Shown piece after piece: positions 56,596 through 63,986 of a stretch of 63,986 bases of DNA. Source of the DNA: Paraspadella gotoi. Its lineage: Eukaryota; Animalia; Chaetognatha. Under the pieces are notes generated by a model. The model did not search any database, was not told the DNA's origin, and was given only the letters and a program-made list of their open reading frames with translations. Made by a program: the position numbers and the translations under genes. Each line of letters starts with the position of its first letter. The first letter of the stretch is position 1. Where the stretch lies: the NCBI GenBank assembly GCA_051294375.1, contig CM119267.1:6798265-6862250 (forward strand), written 5' to 3'.

Positions 56596-58225
56596 CTGAA
56601 ATAAAAAAGTACAAGTTTCATTTTTATTTTTGATCGTGGGCCGGAAATATTTAAAAAGATTGTCCGAGAAAATTATCCTCTATCTAATTTAAACTATTTT
56701 CACAAAAAATTTTATAGAATATTATTATTTTGATTAATATCTTTTAAATGACTCTTCAGTCTTCAGTCTTCAGTCTCTTCAGTCTTCACTGTAGTCTGGG
56801 TCGTTATAAATGCTAAGACGAATGCCAGACATCATTCGTACATTGCGTCAGGCGGCTCAAGTTTTTATGGATCACGGAAACAACTACGAAGTAGAAAACT
56901 AATTACTCAGTTGTGCTTGCAAATATGATCATAATCATGATCGGGTTTAGAAGATTCTCACCGGATATTTATCGAATTCGACTTCTCCTTCCAACGAAGT
57001 CACAAATCCGATCTCTTGAGTCATCTTCTTCATCTTCAGCTCCGGATGATCTGCGAAATGAAAGAGTGTGGACGCAACAAGTTTCAGAGTAAGAATAATT
57101 TATTCTTCAACAACGTTATAAACAATAACAGTCAAAAATGCTCAGATGCTAAGTCTATTACAATGGTATTTACAAAGGTCAACGTTTGACCATAAAGGTC
57201 AACGTTTTGACCATAAATAAGTTGGGGGGGAATTGAGCGAGGTAAGTTCAGTAAGGTCAAGTGGTTTGACTGAGGTTGCGTGTTCTAGATGTTCGTCCAC
57301 AAGAGATTCTTTTATTTTCCGCTGGTATTTATTTATTTATATTCTTCCTTAAGTAAGTCTAGAACATAACCCGAGTCAGAGGGAAAATACTTATTGATTA
57401 CGAAAAAACGTGTTTTGTGGTCGTATATTCACACCACCTCACGTCCACGATCGTTCAGCCAATTCCATTGGCTCAAAGAGAAAACACACCATCCCAGGCG
57501 TAGTGTTCCATCCACAGTCGTAACGACTTCCCTCTGCGTTGGCAAAGTGACCCCGTTCTAAGGTAACCGCGCCAGTTTCTAGATGCGTCATTGAGGGTCG
57601 GAAGCCCCCAAAGCCAACAGTGAGATGCCCCATGCCAATGGGCATCACAGGCTACCCGGGTCTTGCCATAGTTAAACATTTTTACTACCTTTTACCTTTT
57701 AATAAAAAAGTCGTAAGACCTTGTCTTAATTTCCCGCTATGCTTGGTTCGGTGCCTTAATCCAAAGTAATGAATCATTACTAATGATGCAAGCGAGTATA
57801 TTTATCATGATGAAAATTTACCGGGTGAACAAAAATTTATAACTCGCCTGGTCACCAATAACTGGCAAGAGAGTACATTAACATAGTCTGGTTGCATATC
57901 ATTTAACACCTATCATCCAGCCCTCCCTCCCACATCACGTTTCTTGCCTTCAATGTGACAATACCCCTGCACTACGTCGTCGCATGTGTGCAGCGTCAGG
58001 GCGCAGGCGCCGCAGTCGACGAGCAGGACGTTCTCCTCCTTCCGGTGGCTGATGACGGAGGTGGCGACTCTGACGGCGACGTCGTCGAAGGAACAGGAGC
58101 CGGCGAGGATTTCCGCGAAATCGTTGAAGACGTAATTGCCCGGATGAACTTCAGTCATTTCGTGGATGTTGGGCGGAGGTTTACTGCAGGTGGGCGTGGA
58201 GCCGATTCCCCACAAGTCGCCTGTC

Positions 58226-58258
<33 letters not shown>

Positions 58259-61067
58259 GAAATATATACTTGAAAGTCGGTAAATCATTATTTCAAAATT
58301 AAACGTTATATTTCATCGAAATATTTATATTAGCAACTTTTAAAAAAAAATGGCAGGATTGATTGATTTGATCGACCTTTCCAGCCAGTTCGTTCTTTCA
58401 CCATTTTCACGGCGCTAGACATCCGATTGACGGCTTCGCTGAAAATCAACAATACAGAATTCTTTTTTATACTTGGACGTTAAATTATATTTCTACCAAA
58501 ACCTTCAAAAACTTTCTTCTCATTTCTCACCTCGCGATTATTCTTATTTCTTCTTCGCCTCGAGCGTCGGAACTTTGGCCGCAATGGGAGTAAAAGGCTT
58601 TCACTTCGATGATGTCATCCACCTTGCAGTAAAATTAAATTAAAAAATTAATAATGACATAAATTGTATTGGACGGAAGGTTCAGATGTAATTATACGAT
58701 AATAAAGAAAATATTATTTTTTTCAATCGACATTGAAAGAAGAGAAAAGAGAAATTACGTACATATCGGTATATTAAATTGCATAAATCATAGGGAGAGG
58801 GAGATGACGATCGAAGAAAAGTTATTAAGTAAAAAGGGGAAACAATAAAATTGTCTCCCTTATTTTTGTGCCACTCCGTTCTGAGTTCGCCATCGACTAT
58901 CGTTATCAAATAGATATAATTTTGTTTTTTAAAGTTGTGAATGAGTCTTAAAACATCTTACATATTTTTAATTAGAATTAAACGTATGATAAATGATAAA
59001 CATCCGATTCGGCAGCCACTTTCGTCCACTTGCCTTCAGCATCATCTGGACCAAGTGGACGAGCTCCTCGCTGTCGAAAGGTTGACCTTCCCGTCCGAAG
59101 CCGACGTCAACGGCGACGAAGACCGACCACCTCTTCGTCGGGAGAGGATCGTCGAGGAGCGCTTGAAGACCGACTCGACTGTCCACCTAAAAAGAGATTA
59201 GAATTTTCAAAATTCTAAAGACACTTTTTATTGTTTATAGTACAATTAATATTTTAAAAAGATTAAATCTTGAGCTTAAAATAACAAAATCCCAGTCTCA
59301 CCATGACGTGCAAGAGGTTTAGCCTTTCGACGAGCCGCTTCAAGCGCGGGATCCTGTTGGGAATGACTGGACATGCGACGAAGATGTCGTCAAAGCCGCC
59401 GGAGGCAAAGAACTCTGCCTTGAGAAAAAAAAATGATGAGAAAATATTTATTAATGTATATTAGTTATTAATCATAGACCGAGAGAAATTAATAAAATCT
59501 ATATTTAAGACCAATTTTACAATAAAACTATTGTTTGGTTTCGTCTATGAAAACGCCTCATGTTTTCAAAGCTCCTTCATTTAGTCTTACATTGAAACAT
59601 TCTTTTAAATATTTTCCATTTCATTGATAGGGAAGCCAGGTACACTGGGAGTGAATAAATGAGACTGTGAGAGAGTCTTGATTGAAAGCTTGCAGGGACC
59701 TGCTATGTCATTATATTGTAAGAGTGATGAAGGCCTTAAACCACCAAAGCCTGTCCAAAGTCCAATTTCATACCACAGAAAATTTTTAGTAATCTCTGAC
59801 GAATTTCTAAATGCTCGAGCGGCATCATCGCCATTAAGAGAACTCGAAAATCTCAACTCGATTCACTCTTGACGAGCAGATTGGTCTTTGATCTCATCTT
59901 GACCTATAAAACTATCCAACGGTTTTTCCTAGAGAATTTTCCCGCCTTTTTCTTAACTCGAGAAATTCGCCCAAAGCATTTCGGCGATCGGTCAAATGAT
60001 TCACGATAAATGCTTTCGAGCGAAATCGTTCGATTATTCAGTTCCCCCTCAGCAGCAAAGGAACGGGTCCTGGGCTTGGAACCAGGCATGGTGGTTTTCC
60101 AGGGGCCCAAGGCGATTTACGGCCGTCCTCACTCCTCACGCTTTCCGCAGGGTGGATGTATTGCTCAAGGGGCCACCGGCTTGGTGAACTTATCCAATGC
60201 CCGACAACAAAATTACGAATACGACAGAATAAACAATTTTTCCTTCAACGACCTGAGCCAAAGTCGAGACGACGATTCCCCGTTTCGATCCGCCCGTCAT
60301 CATCTCTCCGATCTCAAGAGTCTTGTGGGTTTTCATGTGAGGCCGCAGCGCCATCTGCTTTTCCTCGTAAAATTTCAAAAACCTGTTGTTATCGATCAAT
60401 ATGTATACGAAAACCGCAATCTTCGGAAGATGATCAATATTAATATCATTTATTTCATTCATTATCGTGAAATGATATTTCATATCAACATCGAATTATC
60501 ATTAATTTAATATTACAAACACAAGTTTACCTCGAACAATTTCGCTCGACGACATCGAGATCAATCAAGAAAGCCGGAGTGAAAACCTGAGAAGAAAAAA
60601 ACGAACAAAGGAACATCGGGATCGAATTTTGGATTGTAAATAAATAAATAAATAAATAAATAAAGAAATAAATACATAAATACATAAATACATAAATACA
60701 TAAATACATAAATAAATACATAAATACATAAATAAATAAATACATAAATACATAAATAAATAAATAAATAAATACATAAATAAATAAATAAATAAATAAA
60801 TAAATACATAAATACATAAATAAATAAATAAATAAATACATAAATAAATAAATAAATAAATACATAAATAAATAAATAAATACATAAATAAATAAATAAA
60901 TAAATAAATACATAAATACATAAATACATAAATAATTACATATATACATAAATAAATAAGCTCCGAACCTCGTCAAGGCTCTCTGGTTTTTCTTCAACCT
61001 CGTCGTCGCGCTCTCCCCTTCGCTCAACGTCTTTGATGAAGAGCTCCGCCTTTTCTTGTTTGGTCAT
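56473..61067 (-). CDS. DSD1: D-serine dehydratase / D-threo-3-hydroxyaspartate dehydratase-like fold-type III PLP enzyme, 10 coding exons, 397 aa
   Basis: Exons 61067-60969, 60586-60531, 60382-60253, 59418-59302, 59186-59034, 58622-58531, 58438-58377, 58220-57948, 57050-56962 and 56595-56473 join in phase to 1194 nt ending TGA. Family motifs in order: [18 protein letters not shown] (PLP lysine), [69 protein letters not shown]. Confidence 0.93.
56962..57050 (-). CDS. DSD1: DSD1-like exon 9 ([15 protein letters not shown]...DKYP)
   Basis: ttcgcag acceptor; gtgaga donor; HPELK..TQExG motif. Confidence 0.9.
57440..57670 (-). mobile_element. Possible degenerate RTE-type LINE 3' fragment in DSD1 intron 8
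   Basis: GC-richer island in an AT-rich intron; W/R-rich reading ([17 protein letters not shown]) only loosely resembles RTE C-termini. Confidence 0.2.
57948..58220 (-). CDS. DSD1: DSD1-like exon 8 (GIGSTPT...[11 protein letters not shown]...VDCG...IE), GC donor
   Basis: (ct)n-gacag acceptor; AAG|gcaaga donor gives the phase 1 required by exon 9. Confidence 0.93.
58377..58438 (-). CDS. DSD1: DSD1-like exon 7 ([20 protein letters not shown])
   Basis: ttttcag acceptor; AAG|gtcgat donor; phases match both neighbours. Confidence 0.82.
58531..58622 (-). CDS. DSD1: DSD1-like exon 6 ([30 protein letters not shown])
   Basis: tgcaag acceptor; gtgaga donor; YxHCG motif. Confidence 0.88.
59034..59186 (-). 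CDS. DSD1: DSD1-like exon 5 (VDS...[11 protein letters not shown]...MLK), GC donor
   Basis: ctttttag acceptor; AAG|gcaagt donor gives the phase 0 required by exon 6. Confidence 0.88.
59302..59418 (-). CDS. DSD1: DSD1-like exon 4 ([17 protein letters not shown]...LHVM)
   Basis: tttctcaag acceptor; gtgaga donor; 117 nt; GFDDI motif. Confidence 0.92.
59635..59777 (-). mobile_element. Second copy of the short-LTR family, in DSD1 intron 3
   Basis: Reverse complement tatgaaattgg-actttggacaggc...ataatgaca-tagcaggtccctgcaagctttcaatcaagactctctcacagtc matches 1444-1630. Confidence 0.6.
59830..59935 (+). mobile_element. CR1/L2-like LINE ORF2 C-terminal remnant in DSD1 intron 3
   Basis: With frameshift reads (R)[24 protein letters not shown], resembling the RL..L.L.SL..RRL..DLI..YKI pattern of CR1-group RT C-termini. 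Confidence 0.45.
60253..60382 (-). CDS. DSD1: DSD1-like exon 3 (LRPHMKTHK, catalytic Lys)
   Basis: aacag acceptor; CAG|gtcgtt donor; RPHxKTHK motif. Confidence 0.92.
60531..60586 (-). CDS. DSD1: DSD1-like exon 2 ([18 protein letters not shown])
   Basis: ttcttctcag acceptor; gtaaac donor; TPA..IDLD motif. Confidence 0.9.
60638..60958. repeat. (TAAA)n/(TACA) compound microsatellite in DSD1 intron 1
   Basis: Direct inspection. Confidence 0.95.
60969..61067 (-). CDS. DSD1: DSD1-like exon 1 ([33 protein letters not shown])
   Basis: ATG after an A-rich context; 99 nt; donor GAG|gttcgg; phase 0 into exon 2. Confidence 0.75.
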
Positions 61068-62009
61068 ATTTTTTTTTAGCAAGTCTCATTGAGCAAATAT
61101 TATGATGTTCATAAAACTTGTATTACACAACTGAAAGTATACGTGTAATACGTATCAGGAGAACTACAGAAGTTGAGGGATACAAAAAAAAAATACAAAT
61201 TATCTTGTCATCTAAACACTAAACATTTTTTTGGGATTATTTATATTTATTTATTTTTATTTAATTTTTCTTATTTTTTAAACTTATTTCCTATGACATC
61301 TGAGCGTTGATGTTAAGTATTTGCATCGATTATTCGTTGAACATCCTCCTCATCTATTTTCCTTAACTAATAAAAGTTCACACTTTTCTTCTCACTGAGT
61401 CGCTTATGACGCGGAATCGCAGAATAAACAGACTCACGGCGTTCACTTCCCACTCACGTTTCTCCAAAGCATCATATTCTCAGAAGACGTCTTCACGAGT
61501 AAATTATAAAAAATAAATATTTTTATATGTATATATATAAATATATATATAAATTGTGTTAGAGACTATCATAAATACATTTATAAATTTTCTTATTTGA
61601 TTGTATTATTGATAATTTTAAGAGAACAATACAAATTGGAAAAACGGAACGGCGCGGCGCGGCGTTTCAACAAATATTTTTCCGTAAAAATTGAAAGAAG
61701 ACTAAAACTTATAAAAACTTATATAAATACGATTTCTTTGAGAAAACTCTCTGGGCCTCAGCAAACCATTTTATTAACGCTGTTTTAAAATTTATGTGTC
61801 GCGAAACCCCCCAAAGGTCTAAGTGGCGAGACGACCCCGTCGATTCTAAAATCAAGGCGCGACCAGAACCTTCTTCCCATAATTTTGTCGACGTCAGGAA
61901 ACTAAAGACGAGTCGAGAAAGACGCGACAAGTTAGTCGCAGCTTTTCTTTGCCTTTATCTCGTTCACCGGTGGAAAGTTGCCTTTGCTGCTCACCGCGTA
62001 ATTAAATTA

Positions 62010-62121
<112 letters not shown>

Positions 62122-62655
62122 CGTTGTCACAGGTTCTCGTTTACTAACAGCTACCGCATAAATCAACGCCGCCGCTGAGCCGCCAATTCTGATGACAGCG
62201 ACAACTAAAACATTGGCCCGCTACCTTAGAGATTAAAGGCCAACAAGGCAACAACGTGCCAAGACGTTGTGCCTGTAAACGGAAAAGGCATCGAAATGTC
62301 CAGAGAGAAATGAACGGCGAATTTCTCACTTGGGTTGACCTTAATAAATCGTTCAAACATTTAGTTTTTCGTATTCCATCCCAACAAAGATTGGAACGAA
62401 CGTCAGAGTTCCGAATAAACTACGATAACGACGACAATTACGTCGTTTGTCAAAAAAGAGAATGACAATAACGAAGAAAGGCGATGACAATGACGGAGAT
62501 CCGACCGACGAGAAACGATCCTTCGACGTCATAATTTCAATCGTCCGCCAAACTCGAACCACAATCGTCGTTTGTCTTTCGCCGGTGCTTCAGTCGAAAC
62601 CGTAAACTCGATCGGTTGAGAAACCTGACCAAACCTGAGCTCAATACGCGTCTGA

Positions 62656-63139
62656 ACCAAATAGACCTGACCGACTAAATAGACGGACCTGACCGACCAA
62701 ATAGACGGACCTGACCGACCAAATAGACGGACCTGACCAACCAAATAGATGGACCTGACCGTCCAAATAGACGGACCTGACCGACCAAATAGACGGAACT
62801 GATCGATTAAATAGACAGACTTGACCACCTAAATAGATGGACCTGACCAATCAAATAGACGGACCTGACCGACCATATATCTGGACTTGACTAATCATAT
62901 AGACAGACCTGACCAACCAAAGAGATGGACCTAACCAACCAAATAGACAGACCTGACCGACCAGATAAACGGACCTGACCAACCAAAGAGATGGACCTGA
63001 CCAACCAAATAGACGGACTTGACAGACCAAACAGACGGACATGACCGACCAAATAGATGGACCTGACCGACCATATAGATGGACCTGACCGATCAAATAG
63101 ACGGACCTGACCGACCGAATAGACGGACCTGACCGACCA
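62656..63139. repeat. 22-bp minisatellite (ACCAAATAGACGGACCTGACCG), ~22 copies
   Basis: Head-to-tail units with scattered substitutions and no spacers. Confidence 0.95.
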
Positions 63140-63986
63140 CATTCCTTTGGCTTCTTCCCCTAATTTTAATTTCGACCAACATTTCGGGAATTGGAGGAAG
63201 AAGCCAACGACAAAACGGGGGGGAGTTGGAAATGGATCAATTCGGATTCACAAGAGCGAGAGTGAGAGAGAGGAGCCGAGATGAGAGAGAGGAGAGAGAG
63301 AGAGGAGAGACAGAAAGGGCTTCTGGCCAATTAAGATTCACGTGCCCTGAGGTGATAATTAGGTAAGAGGAGAGAATGGGGACCAGAAATATCATGGGGA
63401 AGAGAAACGGAGAGAGAGAGAGATGAGAGAGAGGGAAAAGAAGAGAGAGAGAGAGAAATTCTTGCGGTCTAAAACAAAGTTTTTAATTTTTTTAAAAATT
63501 TTTGTTCAGACTTCAGTGTTTAGACTTTAGAAATCGAATAAATGCTTTGTTGAATTTTAGTCATTGCAGATCCAATTTGTTTAAAAGAATTTCACAATGC
63601 AACATTTCTTCTTTAGTCATTGTCGCAGTCGCAGCGATTTCATTTTGACATCCTTAAAAGTTAAAATAGTTGTTGACAAAATCTTCGAAGATGGAATCAG
63701 GACCAGAAAGAAAAAAAGTCCGGAAAAGAAATCGAAGTGATTCCGGGTTATGAGTTATCGAGGATTTGTCGCTTCTACTTTGCCATTCAAATTTATTGCG
63801 CTCCGGCTGATATCTCTCTTTGGTTATCCCATTCAGTCGATAAATTTAAAAAGCGTAAGTTAAAGGGGAAGACTTTGTGAGTGAAAGATTAAATTTGAAA
63901 ATGAGTCTGAGAGAGAGAGAGAGAGAGATAGTTACTTTTGTTTTCTTAAAGAAAAAAGTTGCGATTTAAATTGCCAAAAAGAATAA

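Noticed and set aside
59605-59856. Minus-strand ORF resembling a CRE-clade retrotransposon (GFGGL)
   Set aside because: The DNA is better explained as the non-coding short-LTR family also seen at 1441-1640.
56473-61067. DSD1-like gene as bacterial contamination or recent horizontal transfer
   Set aside because: It has nine spliceosomal introns containing host-type microsatellites and repeats, and the family is known in fungi and several animal groups.
62656-63139. CRISPR-like regular repeat array
   Set aside because: Units are contiguous 22-mers with no unique spacers, no cas genes, and the context is eukaryotic; it is a minisatellite.

Overview
Eukaryotic (animal-like) draft genomic DNA. 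It is AT-rich and saturated with (AG)n, (GAC)n, (AAGG)n and (TATC)n microsatellites, so most ORF-track entries are repeat artefacts. The left ~43 kb is largely noisy re-reads of the same segments (one inverted and three tandem duplications) joined at 25-N gaps, most likely gap-filling artefacts. The one solid gene is a 10-exon minus-strand fold-type III PLP enzyme of the D-serine dehydratase / D-threo-3-hydroxyaspartate dehydratase (DSD1-like) family, 56473-61067, 397 aa, reconstructed by hand. It needs two GC-AG introns and carries His-to-Asn at the metal-ligand H-x-C motif plus other active-site changes. Mobile DNA includes a 2.46-kb LTR-type element with an orphan ORF inside a (TATC)n tract, a TTAA Kolobok-like MITE, a MITE with a telomere-like core, a dispersed short-LTR (TRIM-like) family with a tRNA-Gln-like PBS, LINE remnants and a degenerate hammerhead ribozyme. 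There is weaker evidence for a + strand small-exon gene resembling a secreted peptide precursor (RR-SRFRLDMIRL-KR) and for an uncharacterised minus-strand gene near 43-47 kb. No CRISPR, rRNA or tRNA was found.
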